Below, piece by piece: positions 14,041 to 26,900 of a stretch of 64,000 nucleotides of DNA (positions are counted from its first letter, which is position 1; each line of letters opens with the position of its first letter). The stretch is from positions 194,060,001 to 194,124,000 of the forward strand of contig OX597815.1 of assembly GCA_951406725.2 (NCBI GenBank), given 5' to 3'. The notes beneath the pieces were generated by a model that searched no databases, was not told the DNA's origin, and was given only the letters and a program-made list of their open reading frames with translations. Made by a program: the position numbers and the translations under genes. The stretch is from Octopus vulgaris. Taxonomy: Eukaryota.

Positions 14041-15533
14041 GTTTATTGATGACTGGCGTCCGTGCTAGTGGAGCACTAAGAGCACCATCTGAGCATGATC
14101 GTTGCCAGAGCAGCAAACTGGCTTCTGTACCGGTGGCACGTAAAAAGCACCATTCAAGCGTGATCGTTACCAGCATCGTCTAACTGGCACGTGAAAAAAC
14201 ATTCTAGCGCGGTCGTTGCCAGTGCCACTGGACTGGCTCCTGTGCAGATGGTATGTAAAAAACACCATTTGAGCATGGCTGTTGCCAGTACCGCCTGACT
14301 GGCCCTCGTGCCGGTGGCACGTAAAAGCGCCCACTACACTCTCGGAGTGGTTGGCGTTAGGAAGACCATCCAGCTGTAGAAACTCTGCCAGATCAAGATT
14401 GGAGCCTGGTGCAGCCATCTGGTTCACCAGTCCTCAGTCAAATCGTCCAACCCATGCTAGCATGGAAAGCGGACGTCAAACGATGATGATGTACATACAT
14501 GCAACACACATACACACACACACATAAATATATATATAGGTGTAGATATATGCCTGTGTATTTAAGATGTTCTTAACTACATGGTTTCATTTTAATTCCA
14601 GGCCAGCCAAAGCTTTTGAGAGGATTTGTCAGATGGAAACTGAAAGACACCTCTTGTGTTCATATATATGTAAATGTATTGTGTGTATCCCCTTGTCTTG
14701 GTATTGTGCCATGATTGTAAATGGGCATCTCCATCATGCAAGCAGTGACCCCTCTTTTCCAATCTTCTGTGAAAACATGTCTGGCCACAGAGAAGTATCA
14801 CCTTGTTTGGAAACAGGTGAGGATTGGTGACAGAAAGGGCTCACCACTGTACAAAATCTTTCTTAAATAAATCCTGTCCGAACCATGCAGGTACGGAAAA
14901 ATGGATGTTAAAAACGATGATGGTAATGAATATGCAAACATAGATAACTTTTGAATATGCATTTGAACAATGTTTTTAAATGGGAAAGTTCATTGATTTA
15001 GCTCCGTTGTTGGTACTAAATTTAGTTACACTGTGAAGATAAAACATTACGGTGTTAATAACTTGTAGCTGAAATATCTGTTGTCTGTACAAGAGTGCTA
15101 AAGCCTTTTGGAAAGGTTAAAGTTTAATTCTGAATTATCAAAAAATTATTCTGTCCACATTTATTATAGCTATTATTATTATTATTATTATTCATCGTTT
15201 AACGTCCGTTTTCCATGCTAGCATGGGTTGGACGGTTCGACCAGGGATCTGGGAAGCCAGAAGGCTGCACCAGGCTCCAGTCTTATCTGGCAATGTTTCT
15301 ACAGCTGGATGCCCTTCCTAACGCCAACCACTCCGTGAGTGTAGTGGGTGCTTTTTACGTGCCACCTGCACAGGTGCCAGGCGAGGCTGGCAACGGCCAC
15401 GGTCGGATTGGTGTATTTTATGTGCCACCGGCACGGAAGCCAGTCGAGGCGGCGCTGGCATCGGCCACGAGTCGGATAGTGCTTTTTACGTACCACCAGA
15501 CCAGGGATCCTGGCTGGTTCAATTCGATTTCAC

Positions 15534-15592
<59 letters not shown>

Positions 15593-18093
15593 TTAACTTT
15601 CTTAAACAGTATTATTATGTCATATGAAATTGGGAATTTGGATTTGTATGTGTTAACATTCCTAACATTGACACCTGTCAGTTCCCTCCTAGATTTTTTC
15701 AACAGCAGTCAGGACTTGTAAGGATATAAATGGCATTCATTTGCTATCAACAACACGGAAGTCAGCACTACAAGTGAAAAGTGGCAATACTTGCAACAAA
15801 CAATGGGGTTCCTTTGTTCTCTACCTTCTAGAAATAGCAACAAATTCTCTTTTAAATCACTTTGTACTATTTTGAAAAAGGGAAGGACACATTAGCCAAT
15901 GTACCCCTGGATATCTCTAAACAGAAGAGATAGCCATTGGTTTGCTCGGTCAGGGCTGACTTGGGACTATTCAGAAATAGCTGCTATATTACATAAAGAT
16001 TGCATTTAAATCATGTTATATTATATTTCTTGTGAAGATGAAATTTTAATCTAAAATGTCAAACGTCCTCTTTGCTGTGTTTCTAATCATTAGTAAGCAC
16101 CTTAGAGCTGGTTCTGATTTCCACTTAAAACCATTTCATTTTAATTATTCCACTAACATCAAGGACACAGTTGTTAGCTTTCTTCTTCAGATCCAAAACG
16201 TTATCAAGCAACCACATAGAGGCCCTTTCCCTTGGCTCATTGTTTCTAATGCAGCCCATATGTCCCCAGGCTGTGTGCGTGGGAGGACTTAACTTCAGCA
16301 CTGCAAGTTAAAGAAATCCACACCAGTTGTACAGCATCGAGCTGTATCTCACCTTGGTGGTTTTCTAAAGGTAGGCAAGATCTACCATTCAGGTGGTAAA
16401 GTGCCTGTAGCATGACACATCATAAACTAATGATATTTATAAACAAAGCTCTCTGTTTACTTCAACCAGCTGCAAAGTTATGAAATTCAAGACAACTATT
16501 ATACAAGATGTTGATAAAAAAAAAAAAAAGTAAGCAAACAAACAAAATGTAGAAGTGGCAATTTTTTTAATTTTTTTTATTCTGAAGAATCAGAACAGAA
16601 TTAATTATCTAATCTATTAAGCTTTGGTGAATCATTATCAGTGCTATTTAATATGATAAATGTTTGCTTAATTTAAAGTAATTTACCTGTTTATTTTCTT
16701 AACTAATGTTACACTTTCCCAGGTGTTTTCTAATTAGAAATGAAATGCTTTTAATATTTATTATAAAACAAGAGCACTCAGAGAATGCAAACCTCCACCA
16801 AGGCAACACCAACGTCCTCTCAATGATTAGCCAGAGATGATTTTTAAAATGAGAATATTTGAAATAAACTTGACTGCTCTCACAAACAAGAATATTAAAA
16901 ATGAGCCCAACCACTCTCAAAAATTAAGTTAAAAACAGGAAAAAAATAATCCAGAATCCTTGTCCAGTACTCGGTCAATCCCAAAATCTAATCCGTTCTT
17001 GCCAGTTACAAGGCCAAACATCCCTGAAAATTTCATCTGAATCCATCCAGTGGTTCTTGAGATATCTTGTCCACGTACAAACAAACAAATATGATTGAAA
17101 ACAATACCAGAGGTAAAAATGGAATACTAAGCACAAGCATGGCTGTGTGGAAAGAAGTTTTCTTCCCAACTGCATGATTTTGGGTTCAGTCCCATTGCGT
17201 AGCACCCTGAGCAAGTGTCTTCTGCTGTAGCCTTGGGCTGACCAAAGACTTGTGAGTGGATTTTGCAGCTGGAAATTGAAAGAAGCTTGTCATATATATA
17301 TCGAAATCACTCAAAAATCAATGGAAATTGTAGTTGTGATACCAGTGACGGTGGCATGTAAAAGAACCATCCGTACGTGGCCGATGCCAGCGCCGCCATG
17401 ACTGGCTTCCATGCCGGTGGCATGTAAGAAGCACCAACCGATTGTGGCCGTTGCCAGCCTTGCCTGGCACGTAAAAAGCACCCACTACACTCACAGTGTG
17501 GTTGGCATTAGGAAGGGCATCCAGCTGTAGAAACACTGCCAGATCAGACTGGGCCTGGTGCAGCCTCCTGGCTTCCCAGACCCGAGTCGAACCGTCCAAC
17601 CCATGCTGCTGCTGATGATGATGATGATATATATATAGGAACAATAGGACCACTCTGTCAGTTACAATGACAAGGCTGATACAATCAACGAAACAGCTTG
17701 CTCATGAAATTAACATATAAGTGGCTGAGCACTCCACAAGGTCAAACTTTATCTTGTATCTCTCCAGAGGTCGTTAAAATTAGCACTCTTAACTAAGTGT
17801 GACCACTTCAGTTTACTATGCCCTTTCTCCCTTTTCTCTTGCCAACGAGGAAGTCTATGTGTGGTCACTCAAACTCTTAAAAACAATAGTCAAATCTCCC
17901 TCTAGATAATGGAGGACATTATGCCTATAAATAACAAAATAAAAAATTAAAAATATGATGTGGTCATGGATGGAATATCTTTGATTATAGGTCAGCTTCC
18001 CCAGGACTGATGTGGGACAAAATAACAACAATAATACTCCTTATTTACATTATTTACATTCGACGGATATTTTTTCTCATCTTGTTTGTTGTT

Positions 18094-18139
18094 AACACAA
18101 TGTTTCGGCTGATATACCCTCCAGCCTTCATCAGGTGCC
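18094..18139 (-). ncRNA. Minimal type I hammerhead ribozyme-like motif
   Basis: Minus strand reads GGCAC CUGAUGA a GGCUG-gaggguauau-CAGCC GAAAC AUU GUGUU. Core intact, stem II of 5 bp, stem I GGCAC/GUGUU, stem III imperfect. Confidence 0.6.
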
Positions 18140-18425
18140 TTGAGGAAATTTCAAACCTGGGTTCTCATTCCTAAGGTATTTTTCGATGTTATTACTATTA
18201 TTATTATTATTATTGTTATTGTTCAGGTCACTGCTTGGAATCGAACTCGGAATCTTGGGGTTAGTAGCCAGCACCATATGCCCATGGGCATATGGCATAG
18301 TGGTTAAGAGCATGGGCTACTAAGCCCAAGATTTCGAGTTTGATTCCAAGTAGTGACCTAAACAATAATAATAATAACATCGAAAAATACCTTAGGAATT
18401 AAACCCAAGTTCGAAATTTCCCCAA

Positions 18426-18471
18426 GACACCTGAAGAAGACTGGAGGGTATATCAGCCGAAACATTGTGTT
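18426..18471 (+). ncRNA. Minimal type I hammerhead ribozyme-like motif (mirror copy)
   Basis: GACAC CUGAAGA a GACUG-gaggguauau-CAGCC GAAAC AUU GUGUU; one mismatch in stem II. Confidence 0.55.
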
Positions 18472-19903
18472 AACAATGAACAAGATGAGGACAAATATCC
18501 ATCAAATGTAAATAATGTACATAATTCCTCATCTCTTAAATGTAGAACTGTATTAATAATACACCTTTTTCTGAAAATTTGTTGGGTCAACATTTGATAG
18601 TTATTATTATTATGAAGAAAGCAGTGAGCTGGTAGAATCGTTAGCATGCTAGGCTAAATGCTTAGTGGTATTTCACTCATAAGGCGGCGAGCTGGCAGAA
18701 ACGTTAGCACTCCGGGTGAAATGCTTTGCGGTATTTCGTCTGCTGCTACGTTCTGAGTTCAAATTCCGCCGAGGTCGACTTTGCCTTTCATCCTTTCAGA
18801 GTCGATTAAATAAGTACTAGTTATGCCCTGGGGTCGATATAATCGACTTAATCTGTTTGTCTGTCCTTGTTTGTCCCCTCTGTGTTTAGCCCCTTGTGGG
18901 TAGTAAAGAAATAGGTATTTCGTCTACTGCTACGTTCTGTGTTCAAATTCCGCCGAGGTCGACTTTGCTTTTCATCCTTTCGGGGTCAATTAAATAAGTA
19001 CCAGTTACGTACTGGGGTCGATATAATCGACTTAATCCGTTTGTCTGTCCTTGTTTGTCCTCTCTGTGTTTAGCCCCTTGTGGGTAGTAAAGAAATAGGT
19101 ATTTCACTCATTTGCACATTTTGAATTCAAATTCTGCCCAGGTCCACTTTGCCTTTCATCCTTTTAGGGTCAGTAAATGATAATGATCTTAGGGTAGAAA
19201 TAGTACTCTGACTGAATACCTTGGTGTTGCAGCATTTATTCACATATTAACTAGGGTCTAACATGTGCAATACAGTGAACTGAAAAAGACTTAGATTAGT
19301 TGAGATTACTCTCTCTTTTACTCTTTTACTTGTTTCAGTCATGTGACTGTGGCCATGCTGGAGCACTGCCTTTAGTCGAGCACATCAACTCCAGGACTTA
19401 TTCTTTGAAAGCCTTGTACTTATTCTATCAGTCACTTTTGCCGAACCACTAAGTTACAGGGATGTAAACACACCAGCATCAGTTGTCAAGCAATGTTGGG
19501 GGAAACAAACACACACACACACATATATATATACATATATATGACAGGCTTCTTTCAGTTTCCGTCTATCAAATCCACTCACAAGGCTTTGGTTGGTCCG
19601 AGGCTATAGTAGAAGACACTTGTCCAAGGTGCCACACAGTGGGATTGAACCTGGAACCATGTGCTTCATAAGCAAGCTACTTACCACACAGCCACTCCTA
19701 CGCCTATGTTATCTGTGCAATTAATTGATAAAATTCCCTCTGTGCAAAATGCAAAAAAAAATAATAAAAAGTAATAATAACAATAAAAGGAATTGTTATA
19801 AATAAGACGAAATAACTGAAATTCTTAGACAATATAAAAAATGCAGACAATTGTTGATTTAGTCTTTAAAAACCAACCGGTGAAAGTATTGTTTACGTTA
19901 TTA

Positions 19904-20425
19904 CCGTAAATCCTCGAGTATATTCCGCCCTTGAGTATAATATGCAGGGGATTTTTTGGAGGCTGTACCTCTGAAAAACCTGAACCTTGTGTATAATACG
20001 CACCCCTTCTCTAATTTGAGTTGTGCGTAATTAAGCCAGCAGCACCTAGTCGAACAAACACTTCCGCGCATGTGTAATACAATAATGGTGATGTTCTTAA
20101 CTGTTATATGGGAATGTAAATATGTTTACAAATTGTTTTTGTTACATGTTATTCTGTGTTTTGAATACTTTTATTTTGATAAATGTTGCTTACTGCAAGT
20201 TATGGATGATTCTTTTATGACTTCATTGCTTTCAGGCTTAGCTTAAGGTATTTTCGTGCCTGACATCACAAAATGTGTCTGAATAAACATTGCTGGACAG
20301 CAAATAGAGACTCGGACATTGCTTAGAAAATATTTTTCATTTTTAACCCTGTGTATAATATGCACTGGGGATTTTGACCTTTAAATTTTAGGAAAAAAAT
20401 GCAGATTATACTTGAGGATTTACGG
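19904..20425. mobile_element. Tc1-mariner/pogo (Tigger-like) non-autonomous element
   Basis: TA|CCGTAAATCCTCGAGTATA ... TATACTTGAGGATTTACGG|TA TIRs with TA duplication and subterminal repeats of the TIR motif. Confidence 0.85.
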
Positions 20426-20838
20426 TAAGCCTAAAAAGAATGGGGTGGTTTCAAATAGGGACTTTCGATCATGGGTCTGCATCATCAGGGCTGACCTGAA
20501 ATAAGGCTAGACAACAACAACAACAGTTTTTAATCAACCAAAGTGTTAATAGTCCACCACCTTATCACCACTCAATCATTTTGCCACCTGTTATAAATAG
20601 CCCCATATTTTTTCATCTTTTTTTTTTTCCTAGTAACTTACTGGTCATTGTTGAATTGTTTTCTTTTTTTCTATTAATAAACAATACTCTACCAGTCAAA
20701 TGTGAATTGAGATTTGCTTAATATTTGCTTCTCATTTCATTTTGCTTAACTTTACTCTGAATTGCCTGTATTTTTTTATCCCCCACCTACATCCCCCGTG
20801 TTCTTACGATTTACATTTATTTTCCTTTCTTCCTTCAG

Positions 20839-20917
20839 ATTGCGCCTAATCTTACATTGCAAGAAGAATTTATTCATCATTGGAAAGCCATAACTAATTA
20901 TTTCATAGAAAACAAAG
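20839..20917 (+). CDS. FHIP2A: FHIP2-like exon (79 nt, phase 0-1) [26 protein letters not shown]
   Basis: Polypyrimidine tract, ttcag acceptor, G|gtaatg donor; conserved HWKAIT motif. Missed by the ORF track. Confidence 0.93.
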
Positions 20918-23900
20918 GTAATGAAACAAAGCAAAAAAAAAAAAAAAACACATTGCATTTTTGTTAATTCATCCTTTTAATTCTTCCTTGAAAACAGCCC
21001 CTTTATTATATTAGAGCTGGTTTAACCCTTTAGCACACAAATCACTCCATCAAATGTAATGCTTATTTATTGATATTGTTTTGAATTAATCATACATTAT
21101 CTCATAGCTTTGAAAATTTTACTGATTTGGTTGTATACTTTTAGAATAACTTTGTAGAGTAGGTGTGAGAGGCCAGACCTGGCCAGTTTGAACATAAAAA
21201 CAGGAAGAATATTTTGGCCTGATATGCTAAAGGGTTAAATAATTCATTTGTAAAATTTGCCTTTGTATTTGTGAAATTTTGTGAACTTTTGTGTTTTCTG
21301 TTCTGATCGTTTCCAAGAAAAATGTAAACTTATGCCTTCATCTATTCCGCTCTGGTAGTTGAAACAGCTGTAAGAATGCCAGACCTTTGTTGTATCTCCA
21401 CAACTGACAAGGAAGTCTGGTGCCTCCTTTGCACATAACTAGAAATTTCCCAGTTGTTGGTGTATGTCATCATCATCATCATCATCATCATTTAGCATCC
21501 GCTTTCCATGCTAGCATGGGTTGGACGGTTCAACTGGGGTCTGTGAAGCCAGAAGGCTGCATCAGGCCCAGTCTGATCTGGCAGTGTTTCTACAGCTGGA
21601 TGCCCTTCCTAACGCCAACCACTCCGTGAGTGTAGTGGGTGCTTTTTATGTGCCACCGGCACGGGGCCAGGCCAGGCTGGCAACGGCCACGAACGGATGG
21701 TGCTTTTTACGTGCCACCGGCACGAGGCCAGTCGGGGCGGCACTGGCAACTTTAAAAATGCACTTTAAAAAAAAAAAGTAGACTTACCCATTCAGTGACC
21801 CCCAGCTGAACCAATAGGAGAAAAAGTAACATTTGAACTGTGAACCTTTGTTATGTGTTCAATAAAAAAAACAAAGATGCATGGATATTATGTGCATAAT
21901 GTTGTTGGTACATGTATTCAGTGAAAAAAATGTGTTTATATTGTGTGTATAATGCATAACGAACATATTTGACATTGTATGGTACAGTTACGTTGTCAGC
22001 ATCTTTATCCCTTTTGTTGTTGCCGTGTAGTCCCCACATCGACTCTGTTTGAGCAGATATAGTTAGTTAGTTAAGTTGGCTCAAAAGCAAATAGCAAGGC
22101 CATTTAGGGGGGACATGGAGTTAAGTACAGGGTGGTGTTCATGTAAAGAGTTCAGGCCACTTGAGGTCCAGGGAGGCTTTGAACAAAGCGGTCGTCGGCA
22201 TCTTCACCATCTCGTCTGGCAGCTTGTTCCACGGATCCGCAACCCGGACGGAGAAAGCTCCTCTCCTTCGATTGAGATGAAATCGTCGCAGGTAGAGCTT
22301 TTCGGAATGACCCCGCAGCCGACGCTCTGGAGCAGGAGTGAAGAACAGCTCTTTCGAGAGGTTACACTTTCCGCTTATGATGTTGTGGGCGAGAATGAGA
22401 TCACCACGGCGGCGGCGTTTTTCAAGAGAATAAATATAGCCTTCATCATCATCATTAAACATCCATTTTCCATGCTGGCATGGGGTGGATGGTTTGACAG
22501 GCGGCGAGCTGGCAGAAACGTTAGCACGCCGGGCGAAATGCGTAGCCGTATTTCGTCTGCTGTTATGTTCCGAGTTCAAATTCCGCCGAGGTCGACTTTG
22601 CCTTTCATCCTTTCGGGGTCGATAAATTAAGTACCAGTTACGCACTGGGGTCAATATAATCGACTCAATCCGTTTGTCTGTCCTTGTGTTTGTCCTCTCT
22701 GTGTTTAGTCCCTTGTGTGTAGTAAAGAAATAGGTTTGACAGGAGCTGGCAAAGCTAGGAGACGCACTAAGTTACATAGTCAGTTTTGGTGTAGTTTCTT
22801 CAGCTGGATGCTATCCTTCCTAACGCCAACCACTTTACAGAGTATACTAAGTGGTTTTTATGTGGCACTAGCACCACTGCTTTTTACCTGACATCATCAT
22901 CAGTGCTTTTTACCTGAAACCATCACCAGTGCTTTTTACCTGATACCATCACAAGTGCATTTTACCTGATACCATCACGAGTGCTTTTTACCTGATACCA
23001 TCACGAGTGCTTTTTACCTGATACCATCACGAGTGCTTTTTACCTGATACCATCACCAGTTTTTTTTACCTGTTACCATCACCTGTGCTTTTTACCTGAT
23101 ACCATCACCTGTGCTTTTTACCTGATACCATCACCAGTGCTTTTTACCTGATACCATCACCGGTGCTTTTTACCTGATACCATCATCAGTGTTTTTACCT
23201 GATACCATCATGAGTGCTTTTTACCTGATACCATCATCAATGCTTTTTACCTGATACCATCACCTGTGCTTTTTACCTGATACCATCACCTGTGCTTTTT
23301 ACCTGATACCATCATCAGTGCTTTTTACCTGATATCATCACGAGTGCTTTTTACCTGATACCATCACCGGTGCTTTTTGCCTGATACCATCACCGGTGCC
23401 TTTTATGTTGCACCATCATCAATGCTATTTATGTGGAACCAGCACCGGTGCTTTTTAGCTGATACCATCACCAGTGCTTTTCACCTGATACCATCACCAG
23501 TGCTTTTTACCTGATACCATCACGAGTGCTTTTTACCTGATACCATCACAAGTGCTTTTCACCTGATACCATCACCTGTGCTTTTTACCTGATACCATCA
23601 CCAATGTTTTTTACCTGAAACCATCACCAGTGCTTTTTACCTGATACCATCACGAGTGCATTTTACCTGATACCATCACAAGTGCATTTTACCTGATACC
23701 ATCACCAGTGCTTTTTACCTGAAACCATCATCAATGCTTTTTACCTGATACCATCACCAGTGCTTTTTACCTGAAACCATCATCAATGCTTTTTACCTGA
23801 TACCATCACCAGTGCTTTTTACCTGAAACCATCATCAATGCTTTTTACCTGATACCATCATCAGTGCTTTTTACCTGAAACCATCATCAATGCATTTTAC

Positions 23901-26900
23901 CTGATACCATCATCAGTGCTTTTTACCTGAAACCATCACCAATGCATTTTACCTGATACCATCATCAGTGCTTTTTACCTGATACCATCATCAGCACTCT
24001 TTATGTTGCGCCATCACCAGTGCCTTTTATGTTGCACCATCATCAATGCTATTTATGTGGAACCAGCACCGGTGCTTTTTACCTGATACCATCACCAATG
24101 TTTTTTACCTGATACCATCACCTGTGCTTTTTACCTGATACCATCACCTGTGCTTTTTACCTGATACCATCACAAGTGCATTTTACCTGATACCATCACC
24201 AGTGCTTTTTACCTGAAACCATCATCAATGCTTTTTACCTGATACCATCATCAGTGCTTTTTACCTGAAACCATCACCAATGCATTTTACCTGATACCAT
24301 CATCAGTGCTTTTTACCTGAAACCATCACCAATGCATTTTACCTGATACCATCATCAGTGCTTTTTACCTGAAACCATCACCAATGCATTTTACCTGATA
24401 CCATCATCAGTGCTTTTTACCTGAAACCATCACCAATGCATTTTACCTGATACCATCATCAGTGCTTTTTACCTGATACCATCATCAGTGCTTTTTACCT
24501 GATACCATCACGAGTGCTTTTTACCTGATACCATCACCAGTGCTTTTTACCTGATACCATCACCAGTGCCTTTTATGTTGCACCATCATCAATGCTATTT
24601 ATGTGGAACCAGCACCGGTGCTTTTTACCTGATACCATCACCAGTGCATTTTACCTGATACCATCACGGGTGCATTTTACCTGAAACCATCACGAGTGCT
24701 TTTTACCTGATACCATCACCAGTGCCTTTTATGTTGCACCATCATCAATGCTATTTATGTGGAACCAGCACCTACAGGATCACCAGATATGTCTGTTTTT
24801 TTCATGATGGCATAGGTTGGCCGGTTCTACACCATTGCAAATTACCATTTTTCTTAGTCCTCTATCACCTTTTCTGGCGAGTTTCCAAGTCCTGAGATCT
24901 GACCTCAGCATATATCTCTTTACGTTAATCTTAATCTCAGCCAAGAGTACCTTGCGATCGGCATGTTCTCACCCAGCATGTGTCACCCTTTCCCGTTATA
25001 TGTTCATACCATTGTTTCTGCCTCTTAATTGCTGCATACATCAGCTTTGTCCCTGTCTCGATATGCATGTTCCTATTGTACGTCTAATCCTGCTCATTTC
25101 CTCTCCAGCATCACCAGATCTGCGTTCAGTGATTTTGTCTCATTACCATGCTGTAGCGCATCCCTTTCGCATGAATTCTCACAGTCCACCTGTTGCGCAT
25201 AGCGAAAGATCCTTTGTTGCTAACAGAGGTAACATCTCCCTGAACTTTTACCTCTTTTTTTTTTTTTTTTTTTTTTACTTTAACTGTTATATTTTCCTAA
25301 CAAACCTTCATCACTAAACTCACCTCCATCATTGAGTCACCACATCATCACCACATCACCTTGGTTACACTATAATTGGAAAAAGCATGGGATTGTCATG
25401 GCTAGAACGTATTAAATCAAAGCTTTGTTCCATGTAGGGCTAAATAACAAAAACTTAACACATGTAGTGAGGCCCTTTCTTCATGATTTTTATTACTGCT
25501 TGCTATTCTTGCATATTTAATGCATCTGAAAGCTCTTCTCTGTCAATCTGCCAAATATTCCTGTCACACAAGTAATTTTTTGTTTTTTAATAATTTTAGT
25601 CGGGAGTTCTCAGTTGAGCAGATCTCCGATCAAAAGCATTCCAGCCATGATCATCTTGTCTTCTCAGAAATATATCTAGGCCTGCACTATCTAATCAACA
25701 TCATCATCATCATCATACGTCCATTTTCCATACTGGCAAGGGCTGGATGGTTTAACAGGAGCAGTAGAAGAATGGTCATATTTTTGCCAATTAACCACAC
25801 ACACACCCAAACACTATATACTCATTCTTCACTTCTGCTTTATTATTCTTATTTTGGTGTCCTTTGTCTTAAATCTTTTGTCACACCTGGGACCTCTTCA
25901 GTGACTCTCCATCCCATGTGTCTCCTGTTCTCAAAAGAAAAAGAAAAAAAACTTAGAATAGCATTAAATTTATCAAAGTCAGAGTATGTTGTTTAACTTG
26001 AAGAATAATAATATTAATTAGTATGTGTATTTTGTTATATAATGCTCGTTAGCAATATGACAGCTCGGTAAATATTCCGATATCTGTATGATTATGACTG
26101 TCTGAAAAATAAAAAATAAAATCACAATAAAAAAATTGTAGTTGTGGCCGATGCCAGTGCCGCCTGATTGGCTCTCATGCTGATGGCACGCAATGAGCAC
26201 CATTTATGTGTGGGTCGTTGCCAGTGCCGCCTGACTGGCTCCCCATGCCAGTGGCATGTAAAAAGCCCCCACTACACTCTCGGAGTGGTTGGCTTTAGGA
26301 AGGGCATCCAGCTGTAAAAACATTGCCAGTCCCCAGTCAAACCTATTTCTTTACTATCCACAAAGGGCTAAACACAGAGGGGACAAACAAGGACAGACAA
26401 AGGGATTAAGTCAATTATATCAACCCCAGTGTGTAACTGGTACTTAATTTATCGACCCCGAAAGGATGAAAGGCAAAGTCGACCTCGGCGGAATTTGAAC
26501 TCAGAACATAACGGCAGACGAAATACGGCTACGCATTTCGTCTGGCGTGCTAATGTTTCTGCCAGTTCGCCGCCTAAAACTGACTATGTAACTTGGTGCG
26601 TCTCCTTGCTATGCCAGCTCCAGTCAAACCATCCAACCCATGGAAAACAGACATTAAACGATGAAGATGATGCACAATGCAGAAACTTTGTGTCATGGAG
26701 TCTGTGCAAAATACTATACAATGTTGTTGGAGAATCATTAGTGTTGGGCAAAATACTGTGTGTTGTTTAGTTAAAGCTCTCTACATTCTCAGTTCAAATC
26801 CTGTTGAGGTTGTCCTTACCATTCAGAATTTTGGGATCGATAAAGTAAAGTATCGTCCAAGTACTGGAGTTCATGTGATCGACTAAAGCCTCCTAAATTG

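Larger units (their letters stand above)
18046..18552. mobile_element. Head-to-head palindromic element: tRNA-like head plus hammerhead-like tail on each arm (Penelope-like, non-autonomous)
   Basis: Arms of about 240 bp are reverse complements around the perfect palindrome ccatatgcccatgggcatatgg (18274-18295). A-box-like TGGCATAGTGG, B-box-like GTTCGATTCC, and CTGANGA...GAAAC cores on both arms. Confidence 0.75.

Noticed and set aside
16299-16370. Open 72-nt stretch between ttcag and AAG|gtaggc as an extra exon
   Set aside because: Weak polypyrimidine tract and no homology; cannot be supported without transcripts.
22870-24772. CRISPR-like appearance of the 26-bp array
   Set aside because: Units are directly adjacent with no unique spacers, there are no cas genes, and the context is a eukaryotic intron.
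24817-25317. 166-aa ORF
   Set aside because: TTG start, no recognisable domain, runs through a poly-T tract, and has no splice sites that fit the gene.
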